Origin: Rhodothermales bacterium
GTDB taxonomy: Bacteria; Bacteroidota; Rhodothermia; Rhodothermales; JABDKH01
DNA: 64,000 nt
Direction: 5' to 3'
Assembly: GCA_963768565.1 (NCBI GenBank)
Contig: CAVYIO010000015.1
Span: 30,059 to 94,058 of the forward strand
In this document: positions 54,100 through 64,000 of the stretch, in pieces
How positions within the stretch are numbered: the first letter of the stretch is position 1
Layout of the letters: every line of letters starts with the position of its first letter
Translations under genes and position numbers: made by a program
The notes under the pieces: model-generated
Database searches by the model: none
The model's input: the letters and a program-made list of their open reading frames with translations, nothing else
What the model was told of the DNA's origin: nothing

Positions 54100-56090
54100 A
54101 TGATGAACATGAGACAAATCTGCGCCTCGCTGCTACTGTTTGTGCTCCTGCCCCTGCTGGGCCCTCCGGTTCTGGCCCAGGAGTATGCCGTGGAGGAGGA
54201 CGAAGAGTGCATGATGTGTCATGATGACCGCACTCTCACAAAGGAGGTGAACGGCCGCACCATTTCCCTCTTTGTGAACTACCGCTCGCACGCGATTTCT
54301 GTACATGGCAAAGAGGGTTGCACATCCTGCCACTCGGACGTCGACGTGGACGACCTACCGCACGAGGATGAACTCGAAAAGGTCGAGTGCGACATGTGCC
54401 ACGACGACCAGTTCGCGGAGTACGAGCGCAGTCTGCACGGACAGGCGTTCAGGAGGGGTCGCTACCTGGCTCCGACGTGCCTGTCGTGCCACGGCAAGCA
54501 CAACATGCGGTCGTCGACGGATGAGAGATCGCCCACGTTCGTGATGAACATCCCGAATTTATGCGGGAGGTGTCACAAAGAAGGAACACTCGTCTCTGAG
54601 CTCGCAGGAATAAGCCAGCACAACGTGCTCGAAAACTACTCGCAGTCGATTCACGGAGACGGTCTGTTCCGTCGCGGACTGACCGTCACTGCTGTGTGTA
54701 CCAGTTGTCATAAATCTCATGACATCCTGCCGCACGAGAGCCGGGCGTCCTCGATCAATCGGGCCAATATTGCATCCACGTGCATGAAGTGCCACGCGCA
54801 GATCGAGAAAGTGCACGTGAAGGTGATTGACGGTAAGCTCTGGGAAGAGAAGCCGCATCAGCTACCGATTTGCGTCGATTGCCATCAGCCACACATTGTT
54901 CGGAGGGTCTTCTATACCGAGAGCTTTCCCGACAGCCAGTGTCTGTCGTGTCATGGCGACCCGGACTTCCAGAAAGAGAAAGACGGAGAGCAGGTTTCCC
55001 TTCTACGTGGACGCCGACGAGATCGCGGGTTCTGCACACGGTGGAAATGCCTGTTTCAAGTGTCATACGAACGTATCCCGTTCGAAAGACCCGGTTTGTA
55101 TTGGGAGTGGACCGGTCGACTGCTCTATGTGCCATTCCGCACAGGTTGAGGAGTTCACCGGAAGTGAACACGGTCGACGGGTGGCAGAGGGAGATTCGAC
55201 GGCGCCAAACTGCACGGACTGTCACGGTTCTCACGGCACACTCTTCAAGGAAGATCAGGCTTCGCCAACGTTCACCCGGAATATCCCTGCACTATGCGGA
55301 CAGTGTCATAGCGACGGACAGAAAGCGGCGGCCGGCTATCAAGGGGGCGGAGCATCAGATCGTCAGCAACTACACGATGAGTATCCACGGCAAGGGCTTG
55401 CTCGAGAGTGGACTCATGGTGACGGCAACGTGTGTCAGCTGCCATACCGCCCACAGCGAAAAGCCCATCACGGACTCCACGTCTACGGTCTTTCCCGCAA
55501 ACATTGCAGCAACTTGCGCCCAGTGTCACCTGGGCATCTATGAAGAGTTCAAGAGCAGCGTGCACAGCCCCACCGTTTCAAAGAACACGGACGCGAAGCT
55601 ACCGGTGTGCAACGACTGCCATCAGTCTCACACGATCAAGCGGGTAGACGTAGGGGACTTTCGACAGGAGATCCTCGATCAGTGCGGCAAATGCCACCTT
55701 GACGTGACGGAGACGTACTTCGACACGTTCCACGGGAAGGTGTCCAAACTCGGCGCCGAGCAGACGGCGAAATGCTACGACTGTCACGGAGCGCACAATA
55801 TTTTGCCTCCGACAAATCCGGACTCAAAGCTGAGTCGAGCCAACGTCGTGGAGACGTGCAAGGCATGTCACCCCAACTCAAATCGAAAGTTTGTTGGCTA
55901 CCTGACCCACGCCACGCACCACGACAAGGACAAGTACCCATATCTGCACTACACGTACCTCTTCATGACGACGTTGCTCGTCAGCGTTTTTGCTTTCTTC
56001 GGTGTGCACACGCTCCTCTGGATACCCCGGGCCGTCAGGGAGCGCCAGAAGATTGAGAGAACAAAGAATGGCGGGAAAGCAAATGAGTGA
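54100..56090 (+). CDS. Membrane-anchored multiheme cytochrome c, ~19 CxxCH, CbcA-like (two frameshifts)
   Basis: 9+4+6 CxxCH in three consecutive frames, with recurring 'SxHG..CxxCH' doubled-motif repeats; C-terminal TM; overlaps the start of the cyt b gene. Confidence 0.85.
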
Positions 56091-57024
56091 TCCCTCTGAC
56101 GGATCTTCGATCGTTGAACAAGCGGGAGTTGATTCTCCTGTTGAACCGGCAACCACAGACGCGCCACAGCCGGAACCCGCGCCGGACGCTGAGCCGGGGC
56201 GATTCTACGAACGGTTTGACGGCTATTCCCGGTTCTTGCATCTGCTGGTAATCGTCAGCTTCCTGTCGCTGGCCATCACCGGAATGACGATCAAGTTTTC
56301 AGGGGTCGGAGTATTCCAGACGCTGTCAAGAATCCTGGGCGGATATGAGGTGACGGGATTCATTCATCGCGTTGCGGCCATTATCACCTTTGTGTACTTC
56401 TTCCTGCACGTGAGCTACCTGGTGAAGAACAAGCGGAAGACGAAGACTTCGATGCGCGGGATGTTATCAGGCGAAGACACGTTGTGGTTTCGCAAGCAGG
56501 ACATCATCGAGTTTGGGCAGACGGTGAAGTGGTTTCTCGGAATCGGTCCACGTCCTGGTTATGGCAGATGGACCTACTGGGAAAAGTTCGACTACATGGC
56601 CGTGTTCTGGGGCGTGTTGGTAATCGGTAGCAGCGGCATGCTGCTCTGGTTTCCGGAGTTCTTCACGCGTCTTGGAATCCCGGGATCCTGGATCAACGTC
56701 GCCACGATCATCCACAGTGACGAAGCACTTCTCGCAACAGGGTTCATCTTCACGGTCCATTTCTTCAACACACATTTTCGTCCGGATAAATTCCCCATGG
56801 ATCCCGTGATCTTTACGGGTCGCGTGGATTTACATGAATTGAAAGAGGACCGGCCCCGTTTGTACGCGCAACTGTTGGAATCAGGCAAACTGGAAGACGC
56901 CATCACCGGGCCGCCACCGGCGTGGCTTGAGCGATGGGCGCGCGTGTTCGGAATGACGGCTCTGACCCTGGGCATACTGACGATCGTTATGATCATTTAC
57001 TCGATGGTGTTCCTCTACCGCTAA
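56083..57024 (+). CDS. Diheme cytochrome b, FdnI/HydC-type (CbcB-like quinol oxidoreductase subunit)
   Basis: 'RFLHLL..AITG', 'IHRVAA..LH', 'YGRWTYWEKFDYMAVFWG', 'IHSDEALLA..VHFF'. Confidence 0.88.
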   Translation: MSDPSDGSSIVEQAGVDSPVEPATTDAPQPEPAPDAEPGRFYERFDGYSRFLHLLVIVSFLSLAITGMTIKFSGVGVFQTLSRILGGYEVTGFIHRVAAIITFVYFFLHVSYLVKNKRKTKTSMRGMLSGEDTLWFRKQDIIEFGQTVKWFLGIGPRPGYGRWTYWEKFDYMAVFWGVLVIGSSGMLLWFPEFFTRLGIPGSWINVATIIHSDEALLATGFIFTVHFFNTHFRPDKFPMDPVIFTGRVDLHELKEDRPRLYAQLLESGKLEDAITGPPPAWLERWARVFGMTALTLGILTIVMIIYSMVFLYR

Positions 57025-57071
57025 AGCCAGTATGTCGTTTCTGAGACAACCGAATCACCTCCTTAATCAAA

Positions 57072-59705
57072 GTGGCTGTCGGCATGTACCGGGAATCAGA
57101 GGTGGCATTTTCGACGAAGTTGGCCGGGAAGTTGCTCACCATCATCGGTCTGGCCCTGGTTGGGGTGGTCGTCGCCGGTGCAGGAAAACCGGATGGATCT
57201 CCGGCCCCGTCCCCAATCTCGATCTCGATACTTGAAGGGCGTGGAATTGATTTTCTGCCGGCGCACGAACCGTACAGCTCTGCACGCGGCAGTTCGTGGT
57301 TGCCGGTAGCGGATGCCCGACATTCGTCCATCCGGAGTCGCGCGTCTGTGGCGGACCTGGACGCTTGCCTTGACTGTCATGATGACGACAGCATGACGAT
57401 GGAGAGAGACGGTCGAGAGGTCTCTCTCAACGTGTCGCCGGAAGCCTATGCCGCTTCACCTCACGGGAAGATCGATTGTGTAGAGTGCCACGTCGGGTAT
57501 GACCCGGATGAAGAACCGCACAACGAGAACGCGCAGCCGGTAGACTGTGCAACCTGTCACAACTCGGCGTCGAGAGCCTTTCGTGCCAGTGGTCACAGGA
57601 CGGACCTGTCATGTTCGTCGTGTCATTCGAATCTCCATACGAGAGGTGGCACGCGTGCGACGGTCGCGACGTGCGCCAGCTGTCATGATGATGCTGTGCG
57701 CGATGTCAAGGCTAGTCTGCACGCCAGCGGAGACTTCGGACCGACATGTCTCACCTGTCACGATTCTCACCGTGTCGCACTGGCAAACTCAGCCACGTGT
57801 CTATCGTGTCACGGAGAGCGCGAGTTTGTGCATGACCATATCCTGGACGAGGACGTCGAGGCGGTACTGAAGTACAGCGACAGCATTCACGGCGACAACA
57901 TTGAGTGCAATGACTGCCATGCAAGCCACAAGGTGTTGTCGACAGACGACCCTGGATCGCCCGTTTCGAGAAAGAACGTTGCCAGCACCTGTGCCACGTG
58001 CCACGACGACGCGGCTGACGAATACCTCGCGTCCGAACATGGCAGGGCGCTGCAGTCCGGCTTTGAAGGGGCTCCGACATGTACGGACTGTCATGGCGAG
58101 CACGACATCCATCAGATAACGGATAGTGAGTCGCTCGTAAGTCGGCAGCATGAGGTTGAGGTGTGCGAAAGCTGCCATCTGAACACGAAGGAAGTCACCG
58201 CCCGGATGACACATACCACGGGCTTTGTGGCGGGCTACAATCTGAGCGTACACGGACTCGCGTCGGCCGGAGGAAACGCCGACGCTGCCATCTGCAGCGA
58301 CTGTCACGGAGGACACCAGGCGGTAAAGGCAAGCAACCCCAACTCGAAGATCAACAAGTTCAACATTGCTGCAACCTGTGGACATTGTCACGACGAGATC
58401 GAGACGGTGTTCGAAGGCAGCATTCATGGAATCGCACTTGCAGACGGCAATTCGGATTCGCCCACGTGTACGACGTGCCACTCCGAACATGCGATCATGG
58501 AACACACGAGTTCGGCATCACCTGTGGCAGCCCTGAACGTCTCCGAGCAGGTGTGTCGGCCATGCCATGACTCGTACAAACTGTCGACCAAATATGGATT
58601 TCCGTCGGACCGGCCCAAGTCGTTTGGTGACAGTTATCACGGTCTCGCCACGAGGTTCGGATCGGACGAAGCGGCAAACTGCGCAAGTTGCCATGGTGTG
58701 CACGACATCTTACCATCGTCGGACGAGCGATCGAGAGTGTTCCCCGGGAATCTCGAAGTGACGTGTGGAGAGTGCCATCCGGGAGCCACCGCAAATTTCG
58801 CGCGCGGTTCTGTTCATGTTGTCCGCACGCCGAGCGGCGATTCGCTACTGTACTGGATCTCGACGATATACATCCTGGTGATCATTGCGACGATCGGGGC
58901 CATGGGGGTCCACAACATGTTGGACTGGGGTCGCAAGATGATCAACCATTACCATGAACGACTCCAACCGCCGCCCCGTGGAATTCCCGGCGTAGAGCGG
59001 AAGAGAGGTCTCTACGTTCGCATGACGGTGAACGAGCGAGTTCAGCACGCGCTGCTGGCCGGTACCTTCATCATGCTGACCGTCACCGGATTCATGCTCA
59101 AGTTTCCGGATGCCTGGTGGGTCGTCTTTCTCCGGGACAACTTCGGGGTCGGTGTGTTTGATCTTCGAGGAATACTGCACAGAGGAGCGGCGATTGTCAT
59201 GGTGGGCGACTCAGTCTACCATCTCTACTACATCATCTTTACGAAACGGGGCAGGCAGTTTGTAAGCGATATCATGCTCCGCGGCCAGGATTTTCGGGAC
59301 ATCATACAGATGATGCGCTACTACCTCGGTGCTGCAAAGAATCGACCACTTTTCGATCGCTTCAACTACGTCGAGAAGTCGGAGTACTGGGCCCTCATCT
59401 GGGGCACCATCGTGATGACTGTAACGGGAATTATTCTCTGGTTCGAAAACCAGTTTATGGGACAGTTCTCGAAGCTGTTCGTGGACGTGAGTGAGACGGT
59501 TCACTACTACGAGGCCTGGCTCGCATTTCTGGCTATTGTGGTGTGGCACATCTACTACGTGATATTCAACCCTGACGCCTACCCCATGAATTTCACATGG
59601 CTGACAGGAAGAATCACGGAAGAGGAGATGGAGCACGAGCACCCGCTCGAGTTGCAGCGGCTGAAGCGTGAGGAAGAGGAGAGGAGTCGCGAAACGGAAG
59701 AGTGA
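57072..59705 (+). CDS. Fused multiheme cytochrome c (17 CxxCH) / cytochrome b, CbcL-like
   Basis: 17 CxxCH followed by 'ERVQHAL..TG', 'LHRGAA..YH', 'RFNYVEKSEYWALIWG', 'VHYYEAWLA..WHIY'; start uncertain. Confidence 0.9.
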   Translation: MAVGMYRESEVAFSTKLAGKLLTIIGLALVGVVVAGAGKPDGSPAPSPISISILEGRGIDFLPAHEPYSSARGSSWLPVADARHSSIRSRASVADLDACLDCHDDDSMTMERDGREVSLNVSPEAYAASPHGKIDCVECHVGYDPDEEPHNENAQPVDCATCHNSASRAFRASGHRTDLSCSSCHSNLHTRGGTRATVATCASCHDDAVRDVKASLHASGDFGPTCLTCHDSHRVALANSATCLSCHGEREFVHDHILDEDVEAVLKYSDSIHGDNIECNDCHASHKVLSTDDPGSPVSRKNVASTCATCHDDAADEYLASEHGRALQSGFEGAPTCTDCHGEHDIHQITDSESLVSRQHEVEVCESCHLNTKEVTARMTHTTGFVAGYNLSVHGLASAGGNADAAICSDCHGGHQAVKASNPNSKINKFNIAATCGHCHDEIETVFEGSIHGIALADGNSDSPTCTTCHSEHAIMEHTSSASPVAALNVSEQVCRPCHDSYKLSTKYGFPSDRPKSFGDSYHGLATRFGSDEAANCASCHGVHDILPSSDERSRVFPGNLEVTCGECHPGATANFARGSVHVVRTPSGDSLLYWISTIYILVIIATIGAMGVHNMLDWGRKMINHYHERLQPPPRGIPGVERKRGLYVRMTVNERVQHALLAGTFIMLTVTGFMLKFPDAWWVVFLRDNFGVGVFDLRGILHRGAAIVMVGDSVYHLYYIIFTKRGRQFVSDIMLRGQDFRDIIQMMRYYLGAAKNRPLFDRFNYVEKSEYWALIWGTIVMTVTGIILWFENQFMGQFSKLFVDVSETVHYYEAWLAFLAIVVWHIYYVIFNPDAYPMNFTWLTGRITEEEMEHEHPLELQRLKREEEERSRETEE

Positions 59706-59873
59706 CCCCTGTCGAGATCGGCTCAACATTCGGTCCAGCCAGAAAAACCTGATTCAACCCGGGTCTTTTCTGAAGCTTTGGCGTTTGGTACGCCGCCCGC
59801 GGTATACTAGTCGTGGGTTGGTTTTAAGGGACACGGGCACGCTGCCGTTCCTTGAGAATATCAACTACTGGAT

Positions 59874-61904
59874 ATGAACCGATTTCGATCTCTTAGTGGA
59901 AAGATTTCCGTGTGGCTCAAGCGCCCCGGAAGCAAGCGCAAGCTGGCAATCCGCTCGTCAGTAATCGGTGTTCTGGCGATTCTCTTCGTGGGTCTCTCGG
60001 CCGAGTACACGTCGCGACCAACGTTTTGTCCCACTTGCCATTACATGCAGCCGTACTACGAGAGCTGGCTTGCGGCGCCGGCTCACGAGGAGGTGTCGTG
60101 CGTCACGTGTCATTTTCCACCGGGGATTGCCGGGACAATACGCGGTAAAGTTGAAGGACTAATGCAGGTGGTGAACTACCTGGGCAGCTCGTACACGCGC
60201 CGAAAGCCCTGGGCAGAGATTGATGACGCCTCGTGTCTCCAGAGCGGTTGTCATGATACGCGACTTCTCGCAGGCAAAGTCGGTTTCAGGGGAGTTGCGT
60301 TCGACCACGAACCGCACCTCGGAGATCTCCGGCGAGGTAAAGAACTGCGATGCACCAGCTGCCACTCGCAGATCGTCCAGGGCGACCATATCCGGGTGAC
60401 GGAGACCACATGCTATCTGTGTCATCTCAAGCCCGAAGGCAACATTGAAACGGCCGAATTCGAGCGAGCCTCGGACTGCACGACCTGCCACGTCTGGGAT
60501 TCGGTCACGGTCGAACAGCCGACAGAGATCACCGCGTTCCACACGGAAGTTCTTTCACGCGGACTGGAGTGTAACCAGTGTCACAGCAAGACGGTCATGG
60601 GAGACGGGTTTGTCCCGCCCGAGAACTGCTTCGGCTGTCACAGCGAGCGGGACCGCCTTGACAAGATCGACGACCTGGATCTCATTCACCGTGAGCACAT
60701 CTCCGAAAACAAGATCGAGTGCATCCAGTGCCACCTCCAGATTCAGCACAAGATTCAACGTGTGAATCTGGAGCAGGAACTCGATTGTGCGACCTGCCAC
60801 AGGAAGACCCACAGGGAGCAAGTGATGCTCTTCACGGGAGAGATCGGTGATGGCGATTCAGCGCCCAGTGCGATGTTCGCAGCCGGCCTTGACTGCGCCG
60901 GTTGTCATGTGTTTCACGAAGACATCGTCGGAGCCGACGATGATCGCATAGCCCAGCCGCAATCCTGTGAGAATTGCCATGGAGCGGGCTACAACCGGCT
61001 CCTGCGCCTCTGGAAGCAGGGCGCAAATGCAAACCTTGTCGACTTCAGCCGAACCATTCGGACGGTAGAGAATGCGGCCAGAAATCGGGGCGCCCAGACC
61101 CGGGAGAAAACGGATCCCTTCATTGAGAAAGCGAAGAAGATTCTCCACGTTGTGCAGACGGGGCAGCCGGTTCACAATGTGACGTTCTACGACCAGCTTA
61201 TCCGTACCGGCTACACAGATCTGGAGAAGGCCGTTCAGGCGGCAAACCTGGGCGTAAGAGTGCCGCCGTATAAGAGTGCGCCAACGGTACCCGGTCAGTG
61301 TGCGAACTGTCACACCGGTATCGATCGGCTTTCGGTCCAGCACGAAGGACTGACGTTCTCCCATGAGATCCATGTGGACATGCAGGGCGTTACGTGCGGG
61401 ACGTGCCATTCGAATGCCGTACGACACGGGCAGGTGGTGCTGACGATGCAGAACTGCAATAGCTGTCACCACAAGGCGACGCCGCCGGAAGTCACGTGCG
61501 AATCCTGTCACGAAGAGGCTGCAAGCATCTATGCCGGCACGTATCTCGACAAGGATACACCGGACTATATGTTTGAGGAAGATGTCGAGTGCGTGGATTG
61601 TCACATCCCGGATTCAAAGGTCATTCGCCCCACCGTTGCCTCGTGTCTCGATTGTCACGATGAGGGCTACGACTCCGACGCCGAGGATTGGAAAGTGGAA
61701 GTCACCGACCTTACCCAGTCGATTCGGTCGCTGATGACTGGCATACCGCGCTCCAGGCGTGACGCAGCGGCCTACGTGACAGCGAGAAGGGTCCTGGCCG
61801 ATTTCGAGAAGGGTGCAGCCGGTGGCCTTCATAACTATGAGTTGACGAGCGAATTGCTGCTCGAAGTGAAGGGTGGACTGGAAGCAATGGGCGTCGGTCA
61901 GTAG
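59874..61904 (+). CDS. NapC/NirT-type membrane-anchored multiheme cytochrome c, 18 heme motifs
   Basis: N-terminal TM then 'YTSRPTFCPTCHYMQPYYESW..H.EVSCVTCH' (NapC/NirT N-domain with CxxCHxM); 17 CxxCH plus 'CLQSGCH'. Confidence 0.88.
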   Translation: MNRFRSLSGKISVWLKRPGSKRKLAIRSSVIGVLAILFVGLSAEYTSRPTFCPTCHYMQPYYESWLAAPAHEEVSCVTCHFPPGIAGTIRGKVEGLMQVVNYLGSSYTRRKPWAEIDDASCLQSGCHDTRLLAGKVGFRGVAFDHEPHLGDLRRGKELRCTSCHSQIVQGDHIRVTETTCYLCHLKPEGNIETAEFERASDCTTCHVWDSVTVEQPTEITAFHTEVLSRGLECNQCHSKTVMGDGFVPPENCFGCHSERDRLDKIDDLDLIHREHISENKIECIQCHLQIQHKIQRVNLEQELDCATCHRKTHREQVMLFTGEIGDGDSAPSAMFAAGLDCAGCHVFHEDIVGADDDRIAQPQSCENCHGAGYNRLLRLWKQGANANLVDFSRTIRTVENAARNRGAQTREKTDPFIEKAKKILHVVQTGQPVHNVTFYDQLIRTGYTDLEKAVQAANLGVRVPPYKSAPTVPGQCANCHTGIDRLSVQHEGLTFSHEIHVDMQGVTCGTCHSNAVRHGQVVLTMQNCNSCHHKATPPEVTCESCHEEAASIYAGTYLDKDTPDYMFEEDVECVDCHIPDSKVIRPTVASCLDCHDEGYDSDAEDWKVEVTDLTQSIRSLMTGIPRSRRDAAAYVTARRVLADFEKGAAGGLHNYELTSELLLEVKGGLEAMGVGQ

Positions 61905-62313
61905 AGATCCGCGAACAGATCGAAAGAGCGGGATAGCATGTTCTGCCTCGCTCGATCCCGATTCCGCGGATGGCCACTGGCCCGATCTTGTCCCCGCGCT
62001 GGCGGTCGGCCACGTGGAGTCCACGACGATTCGGGAAGTTCGCGACATTCGGCAGTCCGGCGATCTCCTGGCGAATCTCAGGCTCGAGTCTCGCAGGACG
62101 TCTGTAGTACGAACTGACGCGTAATGTTAGTGTGAAATCCGGATCATGGAATTCTCGGCCCTCAACCTCATGTTTTATGCCGTTGAAGTAGATGGACGGC
62201 ACGCCTGGTGGCGGAACAGCGAGACGTGCAAGGATCGAACCCCTTCGGAGTCGGTACCAATTGATTGGACACGACGAGACGTACCTGATACTCCGGGCCG
62301 AGTCAATTAGTCG

Positions 62314-63370
62314 ATGACCAGACAAATCTCAGTCATAGCCGTGGTCGCGGTAGTTCTACTCGGCATCATCTTCCTGCCGGTCGACGTGCCATACAGCATT
62401 GCCGTTCAGGGTCGTGTCGTTCCGGCGAAGGAATGGTCGCTTTCTCGCAGTCGCAATGACGCCATAGAGACGACGGTGCGTGACAACGAGCGCGGCGGCG
62501 TGACGCAATACACGGTCAATCGTTTTGCGGGCGGCGATGCAGCTCGTCTCACGATTGAGTCAGGATTGCAGTCGGGCTCGACCGTGCACGAGGGCGATAC
62601 CGTAGCCTCGATTTACTCGAATGAGATCGCTCGCCAGTACTCAGAGCTTTCGGGACGACTGAACATGGCCACCGCGTCTCTGGATCTCTATGCCACAGGA
62701 GAGAAAGAGGCTATCGTTGAGGAAGAGCGGGTCAAGGTGTTGCAGGCCGAGGAGCTTTCCCGGCAGCACCAGCTGGAGTTGAATCGCCTCCGGAGACTGC
62801 GGAGGCGAAAGCCTCATTTCAGAACAGGAACTCGAGTTGGCCGAAAGCGAGCAGCGCGTTCTCGAAGCGGGTGTTGAAGTGGCACGTGCGCGCTACGAGT
62901 CCGTCAGCTCCGGCGCCAAACCCGAGCAGATGGAGCTCACGCGAACGGAAGTTCGATCACTGCAGGAAGAGATCAACGAGATTACCGAGCGGCTTCGTCT
63001 TTCCACCATTACGAGTCCGCTGTCAGGTCGGGTGGCGCGCTCATTCGGAGCCGACACGCTCGTTTCCATTTACGACACGACCGCTTATGTCGTGATGATG
63101 ATCGTTCCCCTGCATCGTCGCGCAGTGGTCGGTATCGGGGATACGGTGCTGGTCTCCGTCGCCGGGCTGGCCGATGACGTGAGCGCCGTAGTGAGCGAAC
63201 TGGGCGATGAGGTGCACATTGCACATGGGCAGGAGGTGCTTCTCGTACACGCACGAATCAGTAATCCGCCGCGCTTCCTCTTCCCCGGTTCGTCTGCGCG
63301 ATGCCGAATTCAAGTCGGCAGGGTGCCGATCTGGGAGTTCATCCGTCAGAGCCTTTCGGTGTCGGCATGA
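62314..63370 (+). CDS. HlyD-like membrane-fusion/periplasmic adaptor protein (frameshift ~62805)
   Basis: N-terminal TM, 'VHEGDTVASI', coiled coil, 'ITSPLSGRV', 'PGSSARCRI'. Confidence 0.7.
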
Positions 63371-64000
63371 GCAGACACGAACTGAAGTATCTCGTCGGGG
63401 AAGATCAACTGCCGTTCCTTCGGCGGCAGATAGAATCCTTTGTGGAGGTGGACCCGCATGTCCGTGGATTTGAGGGCGAAGGCTATACCGTACGAAGCGT
63501 CTACCTCGACACGGCCGGGCTTCGCTACTACCGCGAGAAGAAGGCGGGTATCCGTGTGAGGCGCAAGCTCCGCGTGCGAGCGTATAACAAATTTACTCCG
63601 GGAGACTGGGTCTTCCTGGAAATAAAGAGGAAGGTTCAGGATCGGGTGTCTAAGAACCGGGCCCCGCTGCGCTTTGAATCACTGGATGCGCTATTTCGCT
63701 CCGGTGATGTCGAACAGCACATTCTCACCGATCGATTCTATCCCGCGTCGATCGATGACGCAAAACGGTTCTTTTATCATGTGTACAAATACAATCTCAT
63801 TCCGGTCGTTTCAACCGTGTACGAACGGGAAGCGTTTATCGGGAGGTATGATCCGACACTCAGGATCACGTTCGACCGAAACCTTCGTGGCCGGGGATAC
63901 CCGCGGTTGACGGACATATACGATGAAGGGCAGCATCGTCTCGTCAAACCTGGCAGCTTCGTCATCGAGGTGAAATACAACACCGGATTTCCGCAGTGGC
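63367..64000 (+). CDS. VTC (polyphosphate polymerase-like) domain protein, truncated by window end
   Basis: Manual translation: MSRHELKYLV..YTVRSVYLDT..RRKLRVRAY..FLEIKRK..YEREAF..LRITFD..VIEVKY; absent from the ORF track because it has no stop. Confidence 0.85.
   Translation, partial: MSRHELKYLVGEDQLPFLRRQIESFVEVDPHVRGFEGEGYTVRSVYLDTAGLRYYREKKAGIRVRRKLRVRAYNKFTPGDWVFLEIKRKVQDRVSKNRAPLRFESLDALFRSGDVEQHILTDRFYPASIDDAKRFFYHVYKYNLIPVVSTVYEREAFIGRYDPTLRITFDRNLRGRGYPRLTDIYDEGQHRLVKPGSFVIEVKYNTGFPQW

Noticed and set aside
23277-56090. Programmed frameshifting or true pseudogenes in dnaE2, cydA, ligase and cytochromes
   Set aside because: No shared slippery motif is evident and breaks occur across unrelated genes; sequencing error is the simpler explanation.
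61905-62313. Possible ncRNA or small gene after the cytochrome island
   Set aside because: I found no convincing stem set, terminator or protein-like ORF by eye.

Overview
This is a GC-rich bacterial chromosome segment. Several type IX secretion (T9SS) C-terminal sorting domains suggest Bacteroidota/Rhodothermia-like ancestry (inference). Many conserved genes are broken by single-base indels, most likely uncorrected long-read errors. From left to right: (1) a sulfide-oxidation module (FadL-like outer-membrane channel, type II SQR, DUF1641, divergent rhodanese); (2) housekeeping and redox genes; (3) dnaA with a DnaA-box cluster, probably oriC; (4) two tandem T9SS-cargo paralogs; (5) an imuA-less imuB-like/DUF6504/dnaE2 mutagenesis cassette preceded by a candidate SOS box; (6) cydAB, a HerA-like ATPase, an HhH-GPD protein and an exonuclease-ligase pair, interleaved with tandem arrays of palindromic REP-like units; (7) a very large T9SS surface protein; (8) a ~180-nt rod-shaped, 6S-like RNA candidate. 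The standout is a ~16 kb co-directional electron-transfer island (45.8-61.9 kb) with about 89 heme-c attachment motifs. It holds a Rieske/cytochrome b complex with a 9-heme partner, a porin-cytochrome conduit, a T9SS-tagged CxxCH protein, and CbcBA-like, CbcL-like and NapC/NirT-type quinol-oxidising modules side by side. Family assignments come from recognising motifs, not from database searches.
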